From the human T2T-CHM13v2.0 reference genome, Homo sapiens, in the NCBI RefSeq assembly GCF_009914755.1, contig NC_060931.1: a DNA stretch of 64,000 bases; one strand, 5' to 3'. Position 1 is the stretch's first letter. Each line of letters begins with the position of its first letter. Both the position numbers and the translations under genes were made by a program. The notes under the pieces are model-generated. The model was given only the letters and a program-made list of their open reading frames with translations, ran no database searches and was not told the origin of the DNA. Of this stretch, positions 38,601 to 51,166 are shown in pieces.

Positions 38601-40851
38601 CTTCTTTGTGCTGTGTGTATTCAACTCACAGAGTGGAACGTCCCTTTGCACAGAGCAGATTTGAAACACTCTTTTTGTGGAGTTTGCAAGTGGAGATTTC
38701 AAGCGATTTGATGCCAACAGTAGAAAAGGAAATATCTTCAAATAGAAACTAGACAGAATCATTCTCAGAAACTACTTTGTGATGTGTGCCTTCAACTCAC
38801 AGAGTTTAACCTTTCTTTTCTTAGAGCAGTTTAGAAACACTCTGCTTGTTATGTCTGCAAGTGGATATTTGGACCTCTTTGAGGCCTTCGTTGCAAACGG
38901 GGTTTCTTCCTTTCATGCTAGACTAAGAAGAGTTCTCAGTAACTTTTTTGTGTTGTGTGTATTCAACTCACAGAGTTGAACCTTGCTTTAGAGAGAGCAG
39001 ATTTGAAACACTCTTGCTGTGGCATTTTCAGGTGGAGATTTCAAGCGATTTGAGGACAATTGCAGAAAAGGAAATATCTTCGTATAATAACCAGACAGAA
39101 TCATTCTCAGAAAGTGCTTTGTGATGTGTGCGTTCAACTCACAGAGTTTAACCTTTCTTTTCATAGAGGAGTTTGGAAACACACTGTTTGTAAAGTCTGC
39201 AAGTGGATACATGGACCTGTTTGAGGCCTTCGTTGGAAACGGGATTTCTTCATTGAATGCTAGACGGAAGAATTCTCAGTAAATTCTTTGTGTTGTGTGC
39301 ATTCAACTCACAGAGTGGAACGTCCCTTTAGACACAGCAGATTTGAAACACTCTTTTTGCGGAATTTGCAAGTGGAGATTTCTAGCCATTTGATGCCAAC
39401 AGTAGAAAGGGAAATATCTTCAAATAAAAACCAGACAGAATCATTCTCAGCAAATTCTTTGTGATGTGTGCGTTCAACTCACATAGTTTAACCTTTCTTT
39501 TCATAGAGCAGTTTGGAAACACTCTGTTTGTAAAGTCTGCAAGTGGATATATGGACCGCATTGAGGCCTTCGTTGGAAACGGGATTTCTTCATTTCATGC
39601 TAGACAGAAGAATTCTCAGTAACTTCTTTGTGCTGTGTGTATTCAACTCACAGAGTGGAACGTCCCTTTGCACAGAGCAGATTTGAAACACTCTTTTTGT
39701 GGAGTTTGCAAGTGGAGATTTCAAGCGATTTGATGCCAACAGTAGAAAAGGAAATATCTTCAAATAAAAACTAGACAGAATCATTCTCAGAAACTACTTT
39801 GTGATGTGTGCCTTCAACTCACAGAGTTCAACCTTTCTTTTCTTAGAGCAGTTTAGAAACACTCTGCTTGTTATGTCTGCAAGTGGATATTTGGACCTCT
39901 TTGAGGCCTTCGTTGCAAACGGGGTTTCTTCCTTTCATGCTAGACTAAGAAGAGTTCTCAGTAACTTTTTTGTGTTGTGTGTATTCAACTCACAGAGTTG
40001 AACCTTGCTTTAGAGAGAGCAGATTTGAAACACTCTTGCTGTGGCATTTTCAGGTGGAGATTTCAAGCGATTTGAGGACAATTGCAGAAAAGGAAATATC
40101 TTCGTATAATAACCAGACAGAATCATTCTCAGAAAGTGCTTTGTGATGTGTGCGTTCAACTCACAGAGTTTAACCTTTCTTTTCATAGAGGAGTTTGGAA
40201 ACACACTGTTTGTAAAGTCTGCAAGTGGATACATGGACCTGTTTGAGGCCTTCGTTGGAAACGGGATTTCTTCATTGAATGCTAGACGGAAGAATTCTCA
40301 GTAAATTCTTTGTGTTGTGTGCATTCAACTCACAGAGTGGAACGTCCCTTTAGACAGAGCAGATTTGAAACACTCTTTTTGCGGAATTTGCAAGTGGAGA
40401 TTTCTAGCCATTTGATGCCAACAGTAGAAAGGGAAATATCTTCAAATAAAAACCAGACAGAATCATTCTCAGAAAATTCTTTGTGATGTGTGCGTTCAAC
40501 TCACATAGTTTAACCTTTCTTTTCATAGAGCAGTTTGGAAACACTCTGTTTGTAAAGTCTGCAAGTGGATATATGGACCGCATTGAGGCCTTCGTTGGAA
40601 ACGGGATTTCTTCATTTCATGCTAGACAGAAGAATTCTCAGTAACTTCTTTGTGCTGTGTGTATTCAACTCACAGAGTGGAACGTCCCTTTGCACAGAGC
40701 AGATTTGAAACACTCTTTTTGTGGAGTTTGCAAGTGGAGATTTCAAGCGATTTGATGCCAACAGTAGAAAAGGAAATATCTTCAAATAAAAACTAGACAG
40801 AATCATTCTCAGAAACTACTTTGTGATGTGTGCCTTCAACTCACAGAGTTT

Positions 40852-43800
40852 AACCTTTCTTTTCTTAGAGCAGTTTAGAAACACTCTGCTTGTTATGTCT
40901 GCAAGTGGATATTTGGACCTCTTTGAGGCCTTCGTTGCAAACGGGGTTTCTTCCTTTCATGCTAGACTAAGAAGAGTTCTCAGTAACTTTTTTGTGTTGT
41001 GTGTATTCAACTCACAGAGTTGAACCTTGCTTTAGAGAGAGCAGATTTGAAACACTCTTGCTGTGGCATTTTCAGGTGGAGATTTCAAGCGATTTGAGGA
41101 CAATTGCAGAAAAGGAAATATCTTCGTATAATAACCAGACAGAATCATTCTCAGAAAGTGCTTTGTGATGTGTGCGTTCAACTCACAGAGTTTAACCTTT
41201 CTTTTCATAGAGGAGTTTGGAAACACACTGTTTGTAAAGTCTGCAAGTGGATACATGGACCTGTTTGAGGCCTTCGTTGGAAACGGGATTTCTTCATTGA
41301 ATGCTAGACGGAAGAATTCTCAGTAAATTCTTTGTGTTGTGTGCATTCAACTCACAGAGTGGAACGTCCCTTTAGACAGAGCAGATTTGAAACACTCTTT
41401 TTGCGGAATTTGCAAGTGGAGATTTCTAGCCATTTGATGCCAACAGTAGAAAGGGAAATATCTTCAAATAAAAACCAGACAGAATCATTCTCAGCAAATT
41501 CTTTGTGATGTGTGCGTTCAACTCACATAGTTTAACCTTGATTTTCATAGAGCAGTTTGGAAACACTCTGTTTGTAAAGTCTGCAAGTGGATATATGGAC
41601 CGCATTGAGGCCTTCGTTGGAAACGGGATTTCTTCATTTCATGCTAGACAGAAGAATTCTCAGTAACTTCTTTGTGCTGTGTGTATTCAACTCACAGAGT
41701 GGAACGTCCCTTTGCACAGAGCAGATTTGAAACACTCTTTTTGTGGCGTTTGCAAGTGGAGATTTCAAGCGATTTGATGCCAACAGTAGAAAAGGAAATA
41801 TCTTCAAATAAAAACTAGACAGAATCATTCTCAGAAACTACTTTGTGATGTGTGCCTTCAACTCACAGAGTTTAACCTTTCTTTTCTTAGAGCAGTTTAG
41901 AAACACTCTGCTTGTTATGTCTGCAAGTGGATATTTGGACCTCTTTGAGGCCTTCGTTGCAAACGGGTTTTCTTCCTTTCATGCTAGACTAAGAAGAGTT
42001 CTCAGTAACTTTTTTGTGTTGTGTGTATTCAACTCACAGAGTTGAACCTTGCTTTAGAGAGAGCAGATTTGAAACACTCTTGCTGTGGCATTTTCAGCTG
42101 GAGATTTCAAGCGATTTGAGGACAATTGCAGAAAAGGAAATATCTTCGTATAATAACCAGACAGAATCATTCTCAGAAAGTGCTTTGTGATGTGTGCGTT
42201 CAACTCACAGAGTTTAACCTTTCTTTTCATAGAGGAGTTTGGAAACACACTGTTTGTAAAGACTGCAAGTGGATACATGGACCTGTTTGAGGCCTTCGTT
42301 GGAAACGGGATTTCTTCATTGAATGCTAGACGGAAGAATTCTCAGTAAATTCTTTGTGTTGTGTGCATTCAACTCACAGAGTGGAACGTCCCTTTAGACA
42401 GAGCAGATTTGAAACACTCTTTTTGCGGAATTTGCAAGTGGAGATTTCTAGCCATTTGATGCCAACAGTAGAAAGGGAAATATCTTCAAATAAAAACCAG
42501 ACAGAATCATTCTCAGAAAATTCTTTGTGATGTGTGCGTTCAACTCACATAGTTTAACCTTTCTTTTCATAGAGCAGTTTGGAAACACTCTGTTTGTAAA
42601 GTCTGCAAGTGGATATATGGACCGCATTGAGGCCTTCGTTGGAAACGGGATTTCTTCATTTCATGCTAGACAGAAGAATTCTCAGTAACTTCTTTGTGCC
42701 GTGTGTATTCAACTCACAGAGTGGAACGTCCCTTTGCACAGAGCAGATTTGAAACACTCTTTTTGTGGAGTTTGCAAGTGGAGATTTCAAGCGATTTGAT
42801 GCCAACAGTAGAAAAGGAAATATCTTCAAATAAAAACTAGACAGAATCATTCTCAGAAACTACTTTGTGATGTGTGCCTTCAACTCACAGAGTTTAACCT
42901 TTCTTTTCTTAGAGCAGTTTAGAAACACTCTGCTTGTTATGTCTGCAAGTGGATATTTGGACCTCTTTGAGGCCTTCGTTGCAAACGGGGTTTCTTCCTT
43001 TCATGCTAGACTAAGAAGAGTTCTCAGTAACTTTTTTGTGTTGTGTGTATTCAACTCACAGAGTTGAACCTTGCTTTAGAGAGAGCAGATTTGAAACACT
43101 CTTGCTGTGGCATTTTCAGGTGGAGATTTCAAGCGATTTGAGGACAATTGCAGAAAAGGAAATATCTTCGTATAATAACCAGACAGAATCATTCTCAGAA
43201 AGTGCTTTGTGATGTGTGCGTTCAACTCACAAAGTTTAACCTTTCTTTTCATAGAGGAGTTTGGAAACACACTGTTTGTAAAGTCTGCAAGTGGATATAT
43301 GGACCTGTTTGAGGCCTTCGTTGGAAACGGGATTTCTTCATTGAATGCTAGACGGAAGAATTCTCAGTAAATTCTTTGTGTTGTGTGCATTCAACTCACA
43401 GAGTGGAACGTCCCTTTAGACAGAGCAGATTTGAAACACTCTTTTTGCGGAATTTGCAAGTGGAGATTTCTAGCCATTTGATGCCAACAGTAGAAAGGGA
43501 AATATCTTCAAATAAAAACCAGACAGAATCATTCTCAGCAAATTCTTTGTGATGTGTGCGTTCAACTCACATAGTTTAACCTTTCTTTTCATAGAGCAGT
43601 TTGGAAACACTCTGTTTGTAAAGTCTGCAAGTGGATATATGGACCGCATTGAGGCCTTCGTTGGAAACGGGATTTCTTCATTTCATGCTAGACAGAAGAA
43701 TTCTCAGTAACTTCTTTGTGCCGTGTGTATTCAACTCACAGAGTGGAACGTCCCTTTGCACAGAGCAGATTTGAAACACTCTTTTTGTGGAGTTTGCAAG

Positions 43801-46800
43801 TGGAGATTTCAAGCGATTTGATGCCAACAGTAGAAAAGGAAATATCTTCAAATAAAAACTAGACAGAATCATTCTCAGAAACTACTTTGTGATGTGTGCC
43901 TTCAACTCACAGAGTTTAACCTTTCTTTTCTTAGAGCAGTTTAGAAACACTCTGCTTGTTATGTCTGCAAGTGGATATTTGGACCTCTTTGAGGCCTTCG
44001 TTGCAAACGGGGTTTCTTCCTTTCATGCTAGACTAAGAAGAGTTCTCAGTAACTTTTTTGTGTTGTGTGTATTCAACTCACAGAGTTGAACCTTGCTTTA
44101 GAGAGAGCAGATTTGAAACACTCTTGCTGTGGCATTTTCAGGTGGAGATTTCAAGCGATTTGAGGACAATTGCAGAAAAGGAAATATCTTCGTATAATAA
44201 CCAGACAGAATCATTCTCAGAAAGTGCTTTGTGATGTGTGCGTTCAACTCACAGAGTTTAACCTTTCTTTTCATAGAGGAGTTTGGAAACACACTGTTTG
44301 TAAAGTCTGCAAGTGGATATATGGACCTGTTTGAGGCCTTCGTTGGAAACGGGATTTCTTCATTGAATGCTAGACGGAAGAATTCTCAGTAAATTCTTTG
44401 TGTTGTGTGCATTCAACTCACAGAGTGGAACGTCCCTTTAGACAGAGCAGATTTGAAACACTCTTTTTGCGGAATTTGCAAGTGGAGATTTCTAGCCATT
44501 TGATGCCAACAGTAGAAAGGGAAATATCTTCAAATAAAAACCAGACAGAATCATTCTCAGAAAATTCTTTGTGATGTGTGCGTTCAACTCACATAGTTTA
44601 ACCTTTCTTTTCATAGAGCAGTTTGGAAACACTCTGTTTGTAAAGTCTGCAAGTGGATATATGGACCGCATTGAGGCCTTCGTTGGAAACGGGATTTCTT
44701 CATTTCATGCTAGACAGAAGAATTCTCAGTAACTTCTTTGTGCTGTGTGTATTCAACTCACAGAGTGGAACGTCCCTTTGCACAGAGCAGATTTGAAACA
44801 CTCTTTTTGTGGAGTTTGCAAGTGGAGATTTCAAGCGATTTGATGCCAACAGTAGAAAAGGAAATATCTTCAAATAAAAACTAGACAGAATCATTCTCAG
44901 AAACTACTTTGTGATGTGTGCCTTCAACTCACAGAGTTTAACCTTTCTTTTCTTAGAGCAGTTTAGAAACACTCTGCTTGTTATGTCTGCAAGTGGATAT
45001 TTGGACCTCTTTGAGGCCTTCGTTGCAAACGGGGTTTCTTCCTTTCATGCTAGACTAAGAAGAGTTCTCAGTAACTTTTTTGTGTTGTGTGTATTCAACT
45101 CACAGAGTTGAACCTTGCTTTAGAGAGAGCAGATTTGAAACACTCTTGCTGTGGCATTTTCAGGTGGAGATTTCAAGCGATTTGAGGACAATTGCAGAAA
45201 AGGAAATATCTTCGTATAATAACCAGACAGAATCATTCTCAGAAAGTGCTTTGTGATGTGTGCGTTCAACTCACAGAGTTTAACCTTTCTTTTCATAGAG
45301 GAGTTTGGAAACACACTGTTTGTAAAGTCTGCAAGTGGATATATGGACCTGTTTGAGGCCTTCGTTGGAAACGGGATTTCTTCATTGAATGCTAGACGGA
45401 AGAATTCTCAGTAAATTCTTTGTGTTGTGTGCATTCAACTCACAGAGTGGAACGTCCCTTTAGACAGAGCAGATTTGGAACACTCTTTTTGCGGAATTTG
45501 CAAGTGGAGATTTCTAGCCATTTGATGCCAACAGTAGAAAGGGAAATATCTTCAAATAAAAACCAGACAGAATCATTCTCAGAAAATTCTTTGTGATGTG
45601 TGCGTTCAACTCACATAGTTTAACCTTTCTTTTCATAGAGCAGTTTGGAAACACTCTGTTTGTAAAGTCTGCAAGTGGATATATGGACCGCATTGAGGCC
45701 TTCGTTGGAAACGGGATTTCTTCATTTCATGCTAGACAGAAGAATTCTCAGTAACTTCTTTGTGCTGTGTGTATTCAACTCACAGAGTGGAACGTCCCTT
45801 TGCACAGAGCAGATTTGAAACACTCTTTTTGTGGAGTTTGCAAGTGGAGATTTCAAGCGATTTGATGCCAACAGTAGAAAAGGAAATATCTTCAAATAAA
45901 AACTAGACAGAATCATTCTCAGAAACTACTTTGTGATGTGTGCCTTCAACTCACAGAGTTCAACCTTTCTTTTCTTAGAGCAGTTTAGAAACACTCTGCT
46001 TGTTATGTCTGCAAGTGGATATTTGGACCTCTTTGAGGCCTTCGTTGCAAACGGGGTTTCTTCCTTTCATGCTAGACTAAGAAGAGTTCTCAGTAACTTT
46101 TTTGTGTTGTGTGTATTCAACTCACAGAGTTGAACCTTGCTTTAGAGAGAGCAGATTTGAAACACTCTTGCTGTGGCATTTTCAGGTGGAGATTTCAAGC
46201 GATTTGAGGACAATTGCAGAAAAGGAAATATCTTCGTATAATAACCAGACAGAATCATTCTCAGAAAGTGCTTTGTGATGTGTGCGTTCAACTCACAGAG
46301 TTTAACCTTTCTTTTCATAGAGGAGTTTGGAAACACACTGTTTGTAAAGTCTGCAAGTGGATACATGGACCTGTTTGAGGCCTTCGTTGGAAACGGGATT
46401 TCTTCATTGAATGCTAGACGGAAGAATTCTCAGTAAATTCTTTGTGTTGTGTGCATTCAACTCACAGAGTGGAACGTCCCTTTAGACAGAGCAGATTTGA
46501 AACACTCTTTTTGCGGAATTTGCAAGTGGAGATTTCTAGCCATTTGATGCCAACAGTAGAAAGGGAAATATCTTCAAATAAAAACCAGACAGAATCATTC
46601 TCAGCAAATTCTTTGTGATGTGTGCGTTCAACTCACATAGTTTAACCTTTCTTTTCATAGAGCAGTTTGGAAACACTCTGTTTGTAAAGTCTGCAAGTGG
46701 ATATATGGACCGCATTGAGGCCTTCGTTGGAAACGGGATTTCTTCATTTCATGCTAGACAGAAGAATTCTCAGTAACTTCTTTGTGCTGTGTGTATTCAA

Positions 46801-49670
46801 CTCACAGAGTGGAACGTCCCTTTGCACAGAGCAGATTTGAAACACTCTTTTTGTGGAGTTTGCAAGTGGAGATTTCAAGCGATTTGATGCCAACAGTAGA
46901 AAAGGAAATATCTTCAAATAAAAACTAGACAGAATCATTCTCAGAAACTACTTTGTGATGTGTGCCTTCAACTCACAGAGTTTAACCTTTCTTTTCTTAG
47001 AGCAGTTTAGAAACACTCTGCTTGTTATGTCTGCAAGTGGATATTTGGACCTCTTTGAGGCCTTCGTTGCAAACGGGTTTTCTTCCTTTCATGCTAGACT
47101 AAGAAGAGTTCTCAGTAACTTTTTTGTGTTGTGTGTATTCAACTCACAGAGTTGAACCTTGCTTTAGAGAGAGCAGATTTGAAACACTCTTGCTGTGGCA
47201 TTTTCAGGTGGAGATTTCAAGCGATTTGAGGACAATTGCAGAAAAGGAAATATCTTCGTATAATAACCAGACAGAATCATTCTCAGAAAGTGCTTTGTGA
47301 TGTGTGCGTTCAACTCACAGAGTTTAACCTTTCTTTTCATAGAGGAGTTTGGAAACACACTGTTTGTAAAGTCTGCAAGTGGATACATGGACCTGTTTGA
47401 GGCCTTCGTTGGAAACGGGATTTCTTCATTGAATGCTAGACGGAAGAATTCTCAGTAAATTCTTTGTGTTGTGTGCATTCAACTCACAGAGTGGAACGTC
47501 CCTTTAGACAGAGCAGATTTGAAACACTCTTTTTGCGGAATTTGCAAGTGGAGATTTCTAGCCATTTGATGCCAACAGTAGAAAGGGAAATATCTTCAAA
47601 TAAAAACCAGACAGAATCATTCTCAGAAAATTCTTTGTGATGTGTGCGTTCAACTCACATAGTTTAACCTTTCTTTTCATAGAGCAGTTTGGAAACACTC
47701 TGTTTGTAAAGTCTGCAAGTGGATATATGGACCGCATTGAGGCCTTCGTTGGAAACGGGATTTCTTCATTTCATGCTAGACAGAAGAATTCTCAGTAACT
47801 TCTTTGTGCTGTGTGTATTCAACTCACAGAGTGGAACGTCCCTTTGCACAGAGCAGATTTGAAACACTCTTTTTGTGGAGTTTGCAAGTGGAGATTTCAA
47901 GCGATTTGATGCCAACAGTAGAAAAGGAAATATCTTCAAATAGAAACTAGACAGAATCATTCTCAGAAACTACTTTGTGATGTGTGCCTTCAACTCACAG
48001 AGTTTAACCTTTCTTTTCTTAGAGCAGTTTAGAAACACTCTGCTTGTTATGTCTGCAAGTGGATATTTGGACCTCTTTGAGGCCTTCGTTGCAAACGGGG
48101 TTTCTTCCTTTCATGCTAGACTAAGAAGAGTTCTCAGTAACTTTTTTGTGTTGTGTGTATTCAACTCACAGAGTTGAACCTTGCTTTAGAGAGAGCAGAT
48201 TTGAAACACTCTTGCTGTGGCATTTTCAGGTGGAGATTTCAAGCGATTTGAGGACAATTGCAGAAAAGGAAATATCTTCGTATAATAACCAGACAGAATC
48301 ATTCTCAGAAAGTGCTTTGTGATGTGTGCGTTCAACTCACAGAGTTTAACCTTTCTTTTCATAGAGGAGTTTGGAAACACACTGTTTGTAAAGTCTGCAA
48401 GTGGATATATGGACCTGTTTGAGGCCTTCGTTGGAAACGGGATTTCTTCATTGAATGCTAGACGGAAGAATTCTCAGTAAATTCTTTGTGTTGTGTGCAT
48501 TCAACTCACAGAGTGGAACGTCCCTTTAGACACAGCAGATTTGAAACACTCTTTTTGCGGAATTTGCAAGTGGAGATTTCTAGCCATTTGATGCCAACAG
48601 TAGAAAGGGAAATATCTTCAAATAAAAACCAGACAGAATCATTCTCAGAAAATTCTTTGTGATGTGTGCGTTCAACTCACATAGTTTAACCTTTCTTTTC
48701 ATAGAGCAGTTTGGAAACACTCTGTTTGTAAAGTCTGCAAGTGGATATATGGACCGCATTGAGGCCTTCGTTGGAAACGGGATTTCTTCATTTCATGCTA
48801 GACAGAAGAATTCTCAGTAACTTCTTTGTGCTGTGTGTATTCAACTCACAGAGTGGAACGTCCCTTTGCACAGAGCAGATTTGAAACACTCTTTTTGTGG
48901 AGTTTGCAAGTGGAGATTTCAAGCGATTTGATGCCAACAGTAGAAAAGGAAATATCTTCAAATAAAAACTAGACAGAATCATTCTCAGAAACTACTTTGT
49001 GATGTGTGCCTTCAACTCACAGAGTTCAACCTTTCTTTTCTTAGAGTAGTTTAGAAACACTCTGCTTGTTATGTCTGCAAGTGGATATTTGGACCTCTTT
49101 GAGGCCTTCGTTGCAAACGGGGTTTCTTCCTTTCATGCTAGACTAAGAAGAGTTCTCAGTAACTTTTTTGTGTTGTGTGTATTCAACTCACAGAGTTGAA
49201 CCTTGCTTTAGAGAGAGCAGATTTGAAACACTCTTGCTGTGGCATTTTCAGGTGGAGATTTCAAGCGATTTGAGGACAATTGCAGAAAAGGAAATATCTT
49301 CGTATAATAACCAGACAGAATCATTCTCAGAAAGTGCTTTGTGATGTGTGCGTTCAACTCACAGAGTTTAACCTTTCTTTTCATAGAGGAGTTTGGAAAC
49401 ACACTGTTTGTAAAGTCTGCAAGTGGATACATGGACCTGTTTGAGGCCTTCGTTGGAAACGGGATTTCTTCATTGAATGCTAGACGGAAGAATTCTCAGT
49501 AAATTCTTTGTGTTGTGTGCATTCAACTCACAGAGTGGAACGTCCCTTTAGACAGAGCAGATTTGAAACACTCTTTTTGCGGAATTTGCAAGTGGAGATT
49601 TCTAGCCATTTGATGCCAACAGTAGAAAGGGAAATATCTTCAAATAAAAACCAGACAGAATCATTCTCAG
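40852..49670 (+). repeat. ~8.8-kb multi-HOR block, copy 2
   Basis: Same ordered rare variants as 4398-13216; boundaries are set by the first mismatching common polymorphisms (40851, 49671). Confidence 0.85.
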
Positions 49671-51166
49671 CAAATTCTTTGTGATGTGTGCGTTCAACTC
49701 ACATAGTTTAACCTTTCTTTTCATAGAGCAGTTTGGAAACACTCTGTTTGTAAAGTCTGCAAGTGGATATATGGACCGCATTGAGGCCTTCGTTGGAAAC
49801 GGGATTTCTTCATTTCATGCTAGACAGAAGAATTCTCAGTAACTTCTTTGTGCTGTGTGTATTCAACTCACAGAGTGGAACGTCCCTTTGCACAGAGCAG
49901 ATTTGAAACACTCTTTTTGTGGAGTTTGCAAGTGGAGATTTCAAGCGATTTGATGCCAACAGTAGAAAAGGAAATATCTTCAAATAAAAACTAGACAGAA
50001 TCATTCTCAGAAACTACTTTGTGATGTGTGCCTTCAACTCACAGAGTTTAACCTTTCTTTTCTTAGAGCAGTTTAGAAACACTCTGCTTGTTATGTCTGC
50101 AAGTGGATATTTGGACCTCTTTGAGGCCTTCGTTGCAAACGGGGTTTCTTCCTTTCATGCTAGACTAAGAAGAGTTCTCAGTAACTTTTTTGTGTTGTGT
50201 GTATTCAACTCACAGAGTTGAACCTTGCTTTAGAGAGAGCAGATTTGAAACACTCTTGCTGTGGCATTTTCAGGTGGAGATTTCAAGCGATTTGAGGACA
50301 ATTGCAGAAAAGGAAATATCTTCGTATAATAACCAGACAGAATCATTCTCAGAAAGTGCTTTGTGATGTGTGCGTTCAACTCACAGAGTTTAACCTTTCT
50401 TTTCATAGAGGAGTTTGGAAACACACTGTTTGTAAAGTCTGCAAGTGGATACATGGACCTGTTTGAGGCCTTCGTTGGAAACGGGATTTCTTCATTGAAT
50501 GCTAGACGGAAGAATTCTCAGTAAATTCTTTGTGTTGTGTGCATTCAACTCACAGAGTGGAACGTCCCTTTAGACAGAGCAGATTTGAAACACTCTTTTT
50601 GCGGAATTTGCAAGTGGAGATTTCTAGCCATTTGATGCCAACAGTAGAAAGGGAAATATCTTCAAATAAAAACCAGACAGAATCATTCTCAGAAAATTCT
50701 TTGTGATGTGTGCGTTCAACTCACATAGTTTAACCTTTCTTTTCATAGAGCAGTTTGGAAACACTCTGTTTGTAAAGTCTGCAAGTGGATATATGGACCG
50801 CATTGAGGCCTTCGTTGGAAACGGGATTTCTTCATTTCATGCTAGACAGAAGAATTCTCAGTAACTTCTTTGTGCTGTGTGTATTCAACTCACAGAGTGG
50901 AACGTCCCTTTGCACAGAGCAGATTTGAAACACTCTTTTTGTGGAGTTTGCAAGTGGAGATTTCAAGCGATTTGATGCCAACAGTAGAAAAGGAAATATC
51001 TTCAAATAAAAACTAGACAGAATCATTCTCAGAAACTACTTTGTGATGTGTGCCTTCAACTCACAGAGTTCAACCTTTCTTTTCTTAGAGCAGTTTAGAA
51101 ACACTCTGCTTGTTATGTCTGCAAGTGGATATTTGGACCTCTTTGAGGCCTTCGTTGCAAACGGGG

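Noticed and set aside
48999-49199. Missing plus-strand ORF suggesting a structural change
   Set aside because: It is caused by a single C>T at 49047 (CAG to TAG); the period is unchanged.
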